DNA of 64,000 nucleotides. It comes from Bacteroidales bacterium (GTDB lineage Bacteria; Bacteroidota; Bacteroidia; Bacteroidales; WCHB1-69). The notes below the pieces were generated by a model that was not told where the DNA came from, did no database searches, and saw only the letters and a list, made by a program, of their open reading frames with translations. Made by a program: the position numbers and the translations under genes. Positions 46,723 through 56,922 of the stretch are shown piece by piece. Position 1 is the first letter of the stretch. Each line of letters starts with the position of its first letter. The stretch spans positions 1,799 through 65,798 of the forward strand of contig JAITUN010000298.1 of assembly GCA_031286285.1 (NCBI GenBank), given 5' to 3'.

Positions 46723-48510
46723 TCAATCCAGCTTCAACACTGCCAAAAACGCCGATTGCGGGACTTCCACGTTTCCAATTTGGCGCATTTTTTTCTTTCC
46801 TTTCTTTTGTTTTTCAAGGAGTTTTCGTTTACGGGTAATGTCGCCACCATAACATTTTGCAGTAACATCTTTTCGGAGCGCTTTAATCGTTTCACGAGCA
46901 ATAATTTTAGTACCTATGGCAGCCTGAATCGCGATGTCGAACTGTTGTCTCGGGATCAGTTCGCGGAGTTTTTCGCAAATTTTTCGTCCGAAAGGATAAG
47001 AATTATCTACGTGGGTTAGTGAAGAGAGTGCATCCACAGAATCTCCATTCAGGAGAATATCCAACTTTACCAATTTCGCAGGTTTGTATCCTGAAATGTG
47101 ATAATCGAAAGAGGCATATCCTTTAGAGATGCTTTTTAGTTTATCATAGAAGTCGAAAACAATCTCTCCCAAAGGCAAATCAAAAGTCAATTCCACTCTA
47201 TTTGATGCGATATATACTTGATTTAAAAAAGTTCCGCGTTTATCCAAGCAGAGTTTCATGATGGGACCGATGTAATCAGCTTTGCTTATAATTTGCGCTC
47301 TGATATAGGGTTCCTCCACATGGTCAATATTGCTGGGTGCGGGCATTCCCGAAGGATTATGCACTTCTACCAACTCATCTTTGGTAGTAATCACATTGTA
47401 AGAAACGTTTGGTACAGTAGCAATCACATCCATATCAAATTCGCGGTCTAATCTTTCCTGCACGATTTCCATGTGCAACAAGCCCAAGAATCCGCAGCGG
47501 AATCCGAAGCCGAGTGCTGCTGAAGATTCGGGAACAAAGGTGAGGGAGGCGTCGTTAAGTTGCAGTTTTTCCAACGAGGCACGCAACTCTTCGTAGTCAT
47601 CGGCATCGGTAGGATATATTCCGGCGAAGAGCATCGGTTTTACCTCTTCAAAGCCGGATATTGCTTTTTCGCAAGGGTTTTCCACATGGGTAATAGTGTC
47701 TCCCACACGTACTTCCAATGAAGTTTTAATGCCTGAGATGATGTAGCCCACCATTCCGGCGGTCATCATATCGGCGGGTTCCTGTTTCAGTTTCAAACAA
47801 CCGATCTCATCGGCATGATACTCTTTTTCGGTGGAGATAAATTTCACAAAGTCGTTTTTACGAATAGAGCCGTTAAAGATTCTGAAATAGGCTATAATTC
47901 CTCTGTATGAATTAAATACGGAGTCGAAGATAAGTGCTTGCAGGGGCGCTTCGGGGTCTCCTTTTGGAGGAGAAATTAGATTTACGATAGCTTCTAAAAT
48001 CTCTTCAACCCCTTCACCGGTTTTGCCACTGGCTTCAATAATCTCTTCTCTTTTGCATCCCAACAGATCCACAATTTGGTCTTTCACTTCTTCGGGCATG
48101 GCAGAAGGCATATCCATTTTATTGAGAACGGGAATAATCTCTAAGTTATGGTCAATTGCCAAATAGAGATTTGAGATGGTTTGTGCCTGAACCCCTTGCG
48201 TAGCATCTATCAATAGCAATGCTCCCTCACAAGCGGCAATGGAGCGTGAAACCTCATAAGAGAAGTCCACGTGTCCGGGGGTATCAATCAAATTGAAAAT
48301 ATAATCTTCTCCCTTATGGTTATAATCCATTCTTACGGCGTGGCTTTTAATGGTAATGCCTCGTTCGCGCTCTAAATCCATGCTATCTAACACCTGATCC
48401 TGAAAATCGCGCTCATTAATCGTATTAGTATATTGCAACAACCTGTCGGCTAAAGTACTCTTCCCGTGGTCAATATGGGCTATTATGCAGAAGTTTCGGA
48501 TATTTTTCAT
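46723..48510 (-). CDS. lepA: translation elongation factor 4
   Basis: [37 protein letters not shown]. The start is placed at MKNIRN, because the 22-codon track extension is not LepA-like. Confidence 0.95.
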   Translation of the reverse strand: MKNIRNFCIIAHIDHGKSTLADRLLQYTNTINERDFQDQVLDSMDLERERGITIKSHAVRMDYNHKGEDYIFNLIDTPGHVDFSYEVSRSIAACEGALLLIDATQGVQAQTISNLYLAIDHNLEIIPVLNKMDMPSAMPEEVKDQIVDLLGCKREEIIEASGKTGEGVEEILEAIVNLISPPKGDPEAPLQALIFDSVFNSYRGIIAYFRIFNGSIRKNDFVKFISTEKEYHADEIGCLKLKQEPADMMTAGMVGYIISGIKTSLEVRVGDTITHVENPCEKAISGFEEVKPMLFAGIYPTDADDYEELRASLEKLQLNDASLTFVPESSAALGFGFRCGFLGLLHMEIVQERLDREFDMDVIATVPNVSYNVITTKDELVEVHNPSGMPAPSNIDHVEEPYIRAQIISKADYIGPIMKLCLDKRGTFLNQVYIASNRVELTFDLPLGEIVFDFYDKLKSISKGYASFDYHISGYKPAKLVKLDILLNGDSVDALSSLTHVDNSYPFGRKICEKLRELIPRQQFDIAIQAAIGTKIIARETIKALRKDVTAKCYGGDITRKRKLLEKQKKGKKKMRQIGNVEVPQSAFLAVLKLD

Positions 48511-48687
48511 AAGTGGGCGCGAAAATATAAAAAAGAGGACATGCCAAGAGGCAATAGAAATAGTTTGCAACGTCAAATTTTGAACAAGTATACGTTAAAA
48601 GTATATTTTTTTTTACACATTAAAGTGCTTATATTCAATTTTTTATTCATATACAAGCGACTTGTTTTTTTTTTCAATAAAAATCTC

Positions 48688-48695
48688 TAATTTTG
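48688..48695 (+). promoter_or_regulatory. candidate Bacteroidota -7 promoter box TAATTTTG
   Basis: Matches TAnnTTTG, 34 bp upstream of the ATG at 48729. It overlaps the alternative TTG start at 48693 and so argues against that start. Confidence 0.35.
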
Positions 48696-48728
48696 CAGCC
48701 AAATTTCGTAATTGCTATTTCGTTTTTA

Positions 48729-49967
48729 ATGAATACCTTTAAATGCATCTTTTTCGCTGTCTATACACTTTTGACACTCCACTGCTACGCACAAACAAGC
48801 GAACAACTTAAAGCAAACAAGAAAAAATTGGAATCAGAAATTGCAGATACAAAACGACTTTTACAAGAAACACAAAAGAAAGAAAACACTTCTTTGCAAC
48901 AAATTTCATTATTGAGGAAACAGATTAATAATCGCGAAAAGTTGATTACAGAGTTAAATAAGCAAATTTATGATTTTGAAATTGAGTTAGATTTGAATGT
49001 AAAACTATCTAAAAATCTAGATAAAAAACTAGAATATATGAAAGCCGACTATGAGCGGGTAGTCTACTTGGCTTTTAAAAACAGAAGGGTCATTGATAAA
49101 ATTACATTTCTGCTTTCGGCAGATAATTTTTCTCAAATGTATCGCAGACTGAAACTATATACCATTTTTTCAGAGAATGTTAAACATCAGGCTGCAGAAA
49201 TAAAAAGAATGCAGCAGGAAATTGCCAATAAAAATGCTGAGATATTAAGTTTAAAGGAAGTAAAATTACAATTATTAGAAAGTAAGGAAATAGAAATTAA
49301 GTCGTTGGAAAAAGACAAAACTGAAAAGGCAAAAACTTTAGACGAACTGAAGAAGAAAGAAAAACAATTAGCTAATGAGCTACTCGCCAAACAATCTAAA
49401 CAAAAAGAGATTGAAGCTGCCATAAAAAAAGCGATAGAGGAAGAGATTCTTGCTGCTAACAAAAGGAAAGCTGAACAGAACAAAGAAACAGCCGGCACGA
49501 AAAAGCCATCTTCCACAGTATTGGAATACACGCCCGAAGAAAGAATTACCGGTACTTCATTTGCCAATAATCAGAGCAAACTCCCCTGGCCCGTTGTAAA
49601 GGGAACAACAATAACTAATTTTGGAAAATATCGAAATCCTGATGTCCCATCCGTGATGATGGAAAGCAAAGGAATTGATATTTTAGTAGAGCCCAACACG
49701 CAGGTACGTTCAGTTTTTGATGGCGTTGTTTACGGTATCTTAGATATGGGAAGTGCGGGAAAAGTGGTCATTATAAGACATGGCGAATATATTACCGTTT
49801 ATCAAGGACTATCAACGGTTTCCGTAAAGAAAGATGACAAAGTTACGATAAAACAAAACATCGGGACAGTAGGAAAAACCATGGGCAGAAGTACTTACGA
49901 ACTACATTTTGAGATTTTGAAAGAGTTTACCCATCTTGATCCCCAAACATGGTTATCGCAGAAATAA
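48729..49967 (+). CDS. coiled-coil M23 peptidase-domain protein (EnvC-like murein hydrolase activator/endopeptidase)
   Basis: Signal peptide MNTFKCIFFAVYTLLTLHCYAQ, a long Lys/Glu/Gln coiled coil, and a C-terminal LytM-type domain (GIDILVEPNTQVRSVFDGVV, HFEI). Confidence 0.8.
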   Translation: MNTFKCIFFAVYTLLTLHCYAQTSEQLKANKKKLESEIADTKRLLQETQKKENTSLQQISLLRKQINNREKLITELNKQIYDFEIELDLNVKLSKNLDKKLEYMKADYERVVYLAFKNRRVIDKITFLLSADNFSQMYRRLKLYTIFSENVKHQAAEIKRMQQEIANKNAEILSLKEVKLQLLESKEIEIKSLEKDKTEKAKTLDELKKKEKQLANELLAKQSKQKEIEAAIKKAIEEEILAANKRKAEQNKETAGTKKPSSTVLEYTPEERITGTSFANNQSKLPWPVVKGTTITNFGKYRNPDVPSVMMESKGIDILVEPNTQVRSVFDGVVYGILDMGSAGKVVIIRHGEYITVYQGLSTVSVKKDDKVTIKQNIGTVGKTMGRSTYELHFEILKEFTHLDPQTWLSQK

Positions 49968-49974
49968 TACAAGC

Positions 49975-50802
49975 ATGAACGCTTTGCAAATTGATGTAAA
50001 ACAGGTTATTGCATCCAAAAACAAAAAATTGGAAAGATGGTTACCTCGTATTGTAATTCGTTGGATTGAAAAACTGATTCATAAGGAAGAAATCAACCGG
50101 TTTTTAGCAAAACATGAACACACCAACTCCCTTGACTTCGCTAAATATGGATTGGAAGAGTTTGTACAAGCCACAGTATCTGTTACTAATGAAGAAAAAG
50201 TTCCTGCTTCAGGACGATATATTGTGGTGTCCAACCACCCGCTTGGCGCTATTGACGGTTTGGCGCTAATTGCACTCATAGGAAAATACCGAACCGACAT
50301 TAAATTTCCTGTAAATGATTTACTTATGGAAATAAAACCGATGCGCGATATTTTTATTCCTATAAACAAACATGGAAAAAACAGTGTAGAAGCTGCCAAA
50401 GAACTTCATCAAACATTTGCTTCCAACGATTTGATACTCTATTTTCCTGCGGGCTTATGTTCTCGAAAAATAGCCGGAAAGATTCAAGACTTAGAATGGA
50501 AGAAAACCATTGTTCAAAAAGCCAAAGAGTATCAACGTGATATAATTCCTGTTTTTTTCGAGGGCAGAAACAGCGAGCGTTTTTATCGTATAGCTAACTG
50601 GCGAAAAAGACTGAGAATTAAACCCAACTTAGAGATGCTCCTTTTGCCGGATGAAATGGTTAAACAAAAAGGAAACAGATTCACGGTAACATTTGGAGAT
50701 CCCATTTCTTATACCACTTTCGATAGTTCTAAAACGCCCAAAGAGTGGGCTGCTTGGCTCAGAGAAAAAACATACAAGTTGTCTGGCATAGCTTTCCGGT
50801 AG
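49975..50802 (+). CDS. PlsC-superfamily acyltransferase (lyso-aminolipid/lysophospholipid O-acyltransferase-like)
   Basis: The start is placed at MNALQIDV. VVSNHPLGAIDG (NHx5D variant box) and FPAGLCSRK resemble the acyltransferases of Bacteroidota aminolipid pathways. The specific substrate is not inferable. Confidence 0.65.
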   Translation: MNALQIDVKQVIASKNKKLERWLPRIVIRWIEKLIHKEEINRFLAKHEHTNSLDFAKYGLEEFVQATVSVTNEEKVPASGRYIVVSNHPLGAIDGLALIALIGKYRTDIKFPVNDLLMEIKPMRDIFIPINKHGKNSVEAAKELHQTFASNDLILYFPAGLCSRKIAGKIQDLEWKKTIVQKAKEYQRDIIPVFFEGRNSERFYRIANWRKRLRIKPNLEMLLLPDEMVKQKGNRFTVTFGDPISYTTFDSSKTPKEWAAWLREKTYKLSGIAFR

Positions 50803-50820
50803 GTAATGAATACGAACAAA

Positions 50821-51501
50821 CTACCACTCAATCTCCTTTTTTCCTAATTTTCTCAGTATCTCGTTGGTTTTAGAGAAGTGTTTACACCCGAAGAATCCGG
50901 CGTGTGCCGATAATGGCGAGGGATGCACGGTTTCCAAGATATAGTGTTTTTGGCGGTCAATAAGCGCGGCTTTAGCACGGGCGTAGTTTCCCCATAATAA
51001 GAAAATTAACCCATCGCGTTTCTGTGAAAGTTGCCGAATCACGGCATCTGTAAACTGTTCCCAGCCTTTATTTTGGTGCGAGCCTGCCTGGTGCGCACGA
51101 ACTGTAAGGGTAGCATTGAGCAAAAACACACCCTGCGTTGCCCAGCGGGTCAAATTGCCACTCGCAGGAACCGAAATCTTAAGGTCGTCATTGAGTTCTT
51201 TAAAGATATTGATTAACGATTTAGGGTGTTGCATGCCATCCGGTACCGAAAAGCATAATCCATGCGCTTGCCCAAAATCATGGTACGGATCCTGTCCTAG
51301 AATCACCACCTTAACATCATCAAAGGGTGTCAAATTAAACGCATTAAAAATTAGGCTTCCGGGCGGAAAAACGGTATGTTGCTTCTTTTCTTCAACTAAA
51401 AACGCCTTTAACTGCGCAAAAGAGGGGGCGAAAAACGCCTCACCCAGCGCCGATTTCCATGAATTTTCTATTTGAGGAGCTATTGTCATTTTTTGGTGCA
51501 A
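50821..51501 (-). CDS. ung: uracil-DNA glycosylase (family 1)
   Basis: GQDPYH water-activating loop, GVFLLN and HPSPLSA His loop. The start could also be the Met five codons in. Confidence 0.9.
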   Translation of the reverse strand: MHQKMTIAPQIENSWKSALGEAFFAPSFAQLKAFLVEEKKQHTVFPPGSLIFNAFNLTPFDDVKVVILGQDPYHDFGQAHGLCFSVPDGMQHPKSLINIFKELNDDLKISVPASGNLTRWATQGVFLLNATLTVRAHQAGSHQNKGWEQFTDAVIRQLSQKRDGLIFLLWGNYARAKAALIDRQKHYILETVHPSPLSAHAGFFGCKHFSKTNEILRKLGKKEIEW

Positions 51502-51589
51502 AAAAAAGAAAAAAGCATAAACGAAATCAGAAAATGCTACTAAATAGTAAAGAAAAATGTTATTCTATTAAAAATATTGAAGAATAAGT

Positions 51590-51597
51590 TATTTTTG
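51590..51597 (+). promoter_or_regulatory. candidate -7 promoter box TATTTTTG
   Basis: Matches TAnnTTTG, 33 bp upstream of the MutS-family gene ATG (51630). Confidence 0.35.
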
Positions 51598-51629
51598 CTT
51601 CGCAAAATTCAACTTAATTACTTTCCATA

Positions 51630-53003
51630 ATGTTCACTTTTATAGATTCTCTCTCCAAAACACCGATTCTGAGATTTGTTTACGATAATTTAAACTTTAA
51701 TTCCTCCATAGGACGAACTGAGTTACTGCAATCCCAATTTATAATAGATGCCAAACAACTTAAGATCTGTTATAATGAAATAGAAAATATACTGACTTGG
51801 CAGAAAAACAACGAGCATTCTTTACAAAAAGTTAACCAACAACTATCTGAAACGCAAGATATTTTTACTACTCTTTCACGGCTAAAAAACAATGATGCAT
51901 TAGACGACATTGAGCTTTTCGAAATAAAAAAAAGTGCACTCATTATGCGCGATTTGCAGATAATTCTTAACAAAACATCTTTTACTCTTTTTGAGTTAAA
52001 TAATGTAAATACAGTGATTGATATTTTAGACCCAGAAAAAACTTTTATCCCACATTTTTACATCTATTCATCTTACAGCAAAGAGTTAGCAACTATGCGA
52101 AGTAAAAGTGAAAGAGCGACTTCTTCTGAAGAAAAAGAGGACTTATTGTGGCAAATTTCTAAATTTGAAAATAATATACGACAAAATTTAGTAAAAAAAT
52201 TAGTCGCTTTTGCTACTCCCTTAGAGCAGAATTTGCAATTAATTGCCAAATTAGACTTATTGCTTGCCAAAGCAGCTTTAGCCTTGGAATGGAACTGCTG
52301 TAAACCAGTAATCTCAGAAAACGAAATAAAATATGTTGGACTTTTCCACCCGATCGTGTCACATAGGCTAAAAAAAGAGAATACAGAATTCCAACCAATT
52401 GATATTGAACTCAAACAGGAACCTTGTTTAATTACAGGCGCCAATATGACCGGTAAATCAATTTTTCTAAGAGCTATTGCTTTTAGTCAGTGGATGTTTC
52501 AATTTGGGTTTTATGTTCCTGCACAAAAAGCATCTATAATTCCGGTAGAAAAAATTTATTTTGTTGATGGAGATAACGACACGGAAAATACAGGATTGTC
52601 CTCTTTTGTGAATGAGATTTTCCATATTCATCATATTCTTCAAGAGGTAAAAGAGGATAGAAGAATGTTAATTCTGGTTGATGAATTTGCTCGTACAACA
52701 AACCCCAAAGAGGGCAGCGCTTTGGTAACCGCTTTTCTTGAAATGGTAAGTTGTAGAAAATCAATATGTTTAGTAACCACTCACTATTCTAATGTAAAAG
52801 GTATTTTTCGCCGTTTGCGAGTAAGAGGAATACAATGGGATAAATTAGAACACATTAAAACAAACCCGCACAAGTTGAATAATTTTATTGATTATCAATT
52901 AGAAGATTGTAATGAAAAAACCGCTCCTCAAGAAGCGGTTAAAATCTCTGAAATATTATCCATTGATGAAACTTTTATTTCATTAGTTAAGAAATATTTA
53001 TAA
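51630..53003 (+). CDS. MutS-family ATPase lacking the mismatch-binding N-terminal domain
   Basis: 457 aa. Walker A ITGANMTGKS, Walker B LILVDEFARTTNPKEGSAL and TTHY correspond to MutS domain V. No MutS domain I or Smr is recognisable. Confidence 0.75.
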   Translation: MFTFIDSLSKTPILRFVYDNLNFNSSIGRTELLQSQFIIDAKQLKICYNEIENILTWQKNNEHSLQKVNQQLSETQDIFTTLSRLKNNDALDDIELFEIKKSALIMRDLQIILNKTSFTLFELNNVNTVIDILDPEKTFIPHFYIYSSYSKELATMRSKSERATSSEEKEDLLWQISKFENNIRQNLVKKLVAFATPLEQNLQLIAKLDLLLAKAALALEWNCCKPVISENEIKYVGLFHPIVSHRLKKENTEFQPIDIELKQEPCLITGANMTGKSIFLRAIAFSQWMFQFGFYVPAQKASIIPVEKIYFVDGDNDTENTGLSSFVNEIFHIHHILQEVKEDRRMLILVDEFARTTNPKEGSALVTAFLEMVSCRKSICLVTTHYSNVKGIFRRLRVRGIQWDKLEHIKTNPHKLNNFIDYQLEDCNEKTAPQEAVKISEILSIDETFISLVKKYL

Positions 53004-53006
53004 TTA

Positions 53007-53639
53007 TTATTTCTTACTTACAATAAAAGGAACGGGAATTTGATAATGGCATCGTACCAATTCTCCATTTAGTTTCCCCGGGGTAAAACCTTTCAAAGTA
53101 GAAACAACACGCAAGGCTTCAGCATCTAATAATGGATGAACAGGGGCAATCACTTCCGGATTGGTAATAGAACCATCTTTCTCAATAATAACTTGAACTA
53201 TAACAATGCCACTTGGCTTATCTTTTATTGCTGCATGAGGGTAGCGTGCAGTTTTAGCTATATATAATGGAAGTTCATTTTTTCCTTCAGCATAAGCAGG
53301 CATTTCCGAAACTGTATAATAGACATCCTTAATTTCCATCTCCTCTTTCAAATAAAAACAGTTCTCAACAATAGAAATTTCAACAGCTTGTACTAGTTTT
53401 TCATCAGGGTTTTCTTGTGTTGGTGAAACATTAGAATAACGAATGGTAACCGTAGGCGATTCTTTAGGCTCACTCGCCCATTGATATGTAACAGCATCAT
53501 CGCCTACAATTTTTACTTGAATAAGCTCATCTTTTTTTACCTTTATAGGTTCATTGTTTTGAGCAACTACTGTTGCAAAGAAGAGCATTGTAATGCTAAA
53601 CAATGCTACTGATTTTAAAGAAAATAGTTTTAAATTCAT
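53007..53639 (-). CDS. TonB C-terminal-domain protein
   Basis: 210 aa. The C-terminal PAYAEGKNELPLYIAKTARYPHAAIKDKPSGIVIVQVIIEKDGSITNPEVI follows the TonB_C pattern. Confidence 0.7.
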   Translation of the reverse strand: MNLKLFSLKSVALFSITMLFFATVVAQNNEPIKVKKDELIQVKIVGDDAVTYQWASEPKESPTVTIRYSNVSPTQENPDEKLVQAVEISIVENCFYLKEEMEIKDVYYTVSEMPAYAEGKNELPLYIAKTARYPHAAIKDKPSGIVIVQVIIEKDGSITNPEVIAPVHPLLDAEALRVVSTLKGFTPGKLNGELVRCHYQIPVPFIVSKK

Positions 53640-53710
53640 ATGGGTAATATTAATTAATAATTAAACATTTTAGGCGGCACAAAAGTAGTAAAAAAATAAT
53701 ATGCTCGTCA

Positions 53711-55390
53711 TTATTCATTTTTACAACCTCTAAACATTCTATTCCAACGAATTTTCCCATTCCCAAACGATTTGAATTTGTCTAATGATAGCCAAACAAA
53801 CCACACTCTTCCACTGACGTGGTCTTCGGGAACAAACCCCCAAAAACGCGAGTCTGCAGAATTATGTCTATTATCACCCATCATGAAGTAATAGTTTTGA
53901 GCAAATGTATATTCTGTTGCAAGAGCCCCATCAATAATAATTTGTCCATCTGATACTTGTAAAGTGTGAAGTTCATAATTACGAATAATATGTTCATAAA
54001 GCACAATTGTTGAATCATTTAGCGTTACTGTAGCACCTTTTTTGGGGATAGTAATCGGTCCAAAGAAATCTTTATTCCATTGATAACGTGGATCATGTGG
54101 AAAAATGCTCATATCCCTTTCTCCTTTTTCATCCACTATCTTTTCAACACTCATTCCCATTTTTGCAATCTTCTCAATTTGTTCTTTATGCAAATAAAAA
54201 GCTATTGGAATCTTATTTCTTTTAATAACATCATCTTCATTAATATTTAAATTTTTTTGTTTTATAGAGTTTAGCCCTATTCCTTTCGGATCAAAAACTC
54301 TATATAAGAATTGGATTTTACTTGGATTTTGCATTGGTTTGTCATCAATATATACTTGAGTATTTATAATTTCCAATTTTTCTCCTGGTAGTCCGATAGC
54401 TCGTTTCACGTAAAACTCACGTTTATCTAAAGGTCTTGCGGTTACATGGTACTCTTTCTTCACCACTTCTCTTCCTTTACCGGGGTAATAAGTACCCGGG
54501 TATCTACTTTGAATGACATGACTATAATAATAATTTTTTTTGGTCTTCTCGTCCTCATAAGTATATTTACTATTAACTTTTTCCAACTCCAATTTGGGAG
54601 CATTTGGATTTAGCATTATTTCAAATTCCCTGACAATCGTATAGTAACTTTCCGCTTGTCTCTCTAAAACCACAGTATCGCCATCAGGATAATTAAAAAC
54701 AACGGCGTTGCCTCTTTCTACGGGATGAATTTTGGGAGAACGTAAATAGGGAAGTTTAACCCATTCCACAAATGATTTCACATATGAATTTATAAATTCC
54801 GGTAAAGGAATAGAGTGATGGATAAAAGGAATTGCTAGAATTGTCATAGGAATTCGTGCTCCATAAGTAACTTTATCCACAGCCAAATAATCTCCAACCA
54901 TCAAAGAACTCTCCATTGAAGAAGTGGGTATTGCATATAATTCAAAAAGAAAGCACCGAAGGATATAGGCAGCAGCAACAGCAAAAATCAGCGCATCCAT
55001 CCAATCTCGCAGAGAGCTTTTTTTGAACTTTGGCAGATCTTCTAATCTTGTGTAATGTTCTTTGTTTGAAAATCCAAGATAAGGTAAATAGATGAAAAAG
55101 AAAAATGTTCCGGGGATCAAAGAGAGATAACTTGTTTTTCTAAACAAACGTATTGTTTTCCAAACCATTAAATAAAACATAAAAATACCGATGAAAGGGA
55201 AAAGTATGAGGAACATCCACCATTTTGGTCGAGACAATATTTTGAGCCATACCCAATAATTGTACACAGGAATTAAAGATTTCCATTGTTTTTCTCCAGC
55301 TTTCTTAAAAACAAACCATAAACCAATCTGAAAACCGATAATTGAAATGATTGTGAGAATCATTAATGAAACTGGGGTGAATGAAATCAT
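53711..55390 (-). CDS. lepB: signal peptidase I (long Bacteroidota form with N-terminal membrane extension)
   Basis: 559 aa. Catalytic Ser box IPTSSMESSLMVGDYL and GDNRHNSADSRFWGFV. An extra 4-TM N-terminal region is present. Confidence 0.85.
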   Translation of the reverse strand: MISFTPVSLMILTIISIIGFQIGLWFVFKKAGEKQWKSLIPVYNYWVWLKILSRPKWWMFLILFPFIGIFMFYLMVWKTIRLFRKTSYLSLIPGTFFFFIYLPYLGFSNKEHYTRLEDLPKFKKSSLRDWMDALIFAVAAAYILRCFLFELYAIPTSSMESSLMVGDYLAVDKVTYGARIPMTILAIPFIHHSIPLPEFINSYVKSFVEWVKLPYLRSPKIHPVERGNAVVFNYPDGDTVVLERQAESYYTIVREFEIMLNPNAPKLELEKVNSKYTYEDEKTKKNYYYSHVIQSRYPGTYYPGKGREVVKKEYHVTARPLDKREFYVKRAIGLPGEKLEIINTQVYIDDKPMQNPSKIQFLYRVFDPKGIGLNSIKQKNLNINEDDVIKRNKIPIAFYLHKEQIEKIAKMGMSVEKIVDEKGERDMSIFPHDPRYQWNKDFFGPITIPKKGATVTLNDSTIVLYEHIIRNYELHTLQVSDGQIIIDGALATEYTFAQNYYFMMGDNRHNSADSRFWGFVPEDHVSGRVWFVWLSLDKFKSFGNGKIRWNRMFRGCKNE

Positions 55391-55532
55391 ATTCGTCGCT
55401 TTAATTTATTAGAAAACGGAAGAATGATGGAAAAAGTATAAAAGATTGCTGTTTTAAGACCTATCCACAATGTTAACTTAAATGAATTTTAATAAAAATA
55501 ATATCAAAGCAGCACAGCCTTTAAACTTTTTG

Positions 55533-55540
55533 TACTTTTG
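55533..55540 (+). promoter_or_regulatory. candidate -7 promoter box TACTTTTG
   Basis: Matches TAnnTTTG, 20 bp upstream of the ATG at 55560. This supports the shorter tsaC start. Confidence 0.35.
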
Positions 55541-55559
55541 CCAACTTGAAATATTTCTT

Positions 55560-56123
55560 ATGGAATCGGAAATTATTAAATGCAAAGAACTTCTTTTACA
55601 GGGTAAAATTTTACTATATCCCACTGACACAGTATGGGGAATTGGTTGCGATGCCACAAATGAGGAAGCAGTAAAAAAGATATATGTCATCAAACAACGA
55701 CAAGAAAGCAAAAGTATGATTATTTTGTTAGACTCTTCGGATCGACTGCCTCTCTATGTTGCAAAAATACCGCTTATTGCTTGGGATTTGATTTCACATA
55801 CTTATCGTCCAACTACTTATATTTATTCTACTGCACAAAATTTACCCCAACAACTCATTCACCCCGACGGAACAATTGCCATTAGAATTACCAATAACCA
55901 TTTTTGTAAAAAACTTATTAAAGCATTAGAAAGGCCCATTGTTTCAACCTCTGCTAATCTTTCTGGAGAGAATACGCCTGTGTTGTTCTCTGAAATTACA
56001 CAGGAGATTATTGAACAAGTGGATTATGTTGTTCCGCAACATTTTGCAGAATCTATTGAGTACAAACCATCCCGTTTGGTAAAGTTTATTGATGATTATA
56101 ATTTTATGATTATTAGAGAATAA
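55560..56123 (+). CDS. tsaC: L-threonylcarbamoyladenylate synthase (YrdC/TsaC type)
   Basis: YPTDTVWGIGCDATNEEAV, KQRQESKSMIIL and STSANLSGE. The start is placed at MESEII, 26 codons inside the track ORF. Confidence 0.85.
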   Translation: MESEIIKCKELLLQGKILLYPTDTVWGIGCDATNEEAVKKIYVIKQRQESKSMIILLDSSDRLPLYVAKIPLIAWDLISHTYRPTTYIYSTAQNLPQQLIHPDGTIAIRITNNHFCKKLIKALERPIVSTSANLSGENTPVLFSEITQEIIEQVDYVVPQHFAESIEYKPSRLVKFIDDYNFMIIRE

Positions 56124-56302
56124 AGTGCATGGTCAAAAAAGGGATGACAAACAAGGCAAAACAAAGGCAAGAAAGAACAAATAAAAACTGATAGAGCACA
56201 CATAAACATCAAAGTTTTTCCACTTGAGACAAAACACAACACTATCTCGCCCATTTTGTTGAGATAATTTAATTGCTTTATCTAATAAATCTGTTTTCAA
56301 CC

Positions 56303-56578
56303 TTACTTATATTTTTTGTAGGTTTTTTCATTTCTCCTTAAATATTCCACTAACAAAATTTCTATACTACCACTTACATATTTAACGATTAACCTAAAAT
56401 CACCGGTTCTTATTCTAAAAATAGATGGATTGTTTGTAACCGGTTCTACATTTGAAATTTCATCTAAACTTTTTGCATTTTCCAACTTGCCGACTAATTC
56501 AAGTAAGCGTTTTATGGCTATTTTGTCAGTCAGTTTCTTTATTGACTTATTAAACTCGTCAGAATATTTAATAATCAT
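56303..56578 (-). CDS. RelE/ParE-family type II toxin
   Basis: 91 aa and basic. FRIRTGDFRLIVKY...IEILLVEYLRRNEKTY follows the RelE/ParE core pattern. A 4-bp overlap links it to the upstream small ORF. Confidence 0.8.
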   Translation of the reverse strand: MIIKYSDEFNKSIKKLTDKIAIKRLLELVGKLENAKSLDEISNVEPVTNNPSIFRIRTGDFRLIVKYVSGSIEILLVEYLRRNEKTYKKYK

Positions 56579-56817
56579 AACTGCGCCGTTAAATATTCTT
56601 TTAATGCAGAAATATCTGAACTAACACCTGAATTTATTGATTTTTCAATGCGCCTCATTTCTGCATCTGTAAGGGTAACAGGTGGTAACAAAGGATATTT
56701 TTTAGGTTCTAACTCTGAAATCTCAGAAATTTCATATTTCACATTCTCTTTTTGTGCATACTCAAGAATATAATTGAATTGTACAGCATTAGGATTTTGT
56801 AATATTATGGCAGGCAT
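56575..56817 (-). CDS. putative cognate antitoxin (family not recognised)
   Basis: 80 aa from MPAIILQNPNAV..., acidic and translationally coupled to the toxin. The 79-codon upstream extension in the track is hydrophobic, low-complexity sequence that overlaps promoter-like DNA. Confidence 0.5.
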   Translation of the reverse strand: MPAIILQNPNAVQFNYILEYAQKENVKYEISEISELEPKKYPLLPPVTLTDAEMRRIEKSINSGVSSDISALKEYLTAQL

Positions 56818-56833
56818 GATAATTTGTTTTAAC

Positions 56834-56922
56834 GCGGCAAAAATAAAAAAAAAGCAAACAACAATATAATTGAATGGGTAAAGAAATAAAAAAAACAATG
56901 AATAAAACGTTATTTTTGCCGC
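56834..56922. promoter_or_regulatory. 13-bp perfect inverted repeat GCGGCAAAAATAA / TTATTTTTGCCGC (63-bp spacer) in the divergent antitoxin/coaD control region
   Basis: The arms lie at 56834..56846 and 56910..56922, read directly. Each arm contains TATTTTTG (TAnnTTTG), one facing the antitoxin gene (21 bp from its ATG) and one facing coaD. Confidence 0.4.

Noticed and set aside
49187-49567. 126-aa minus-strand ORF inside the M23 peptidase gene
   Set aside because: It is antisense to the Lys/Glu-rich coiled-coil region, and its Ser/Phe/Leu-rich translation is the mirror image of that bias.
55478-55711. 77-aa minus-strand ORF between lepB and tsaC
   Set aside because: It overlaps the tsaC 5' end in antisense and shows no motifs or signal.
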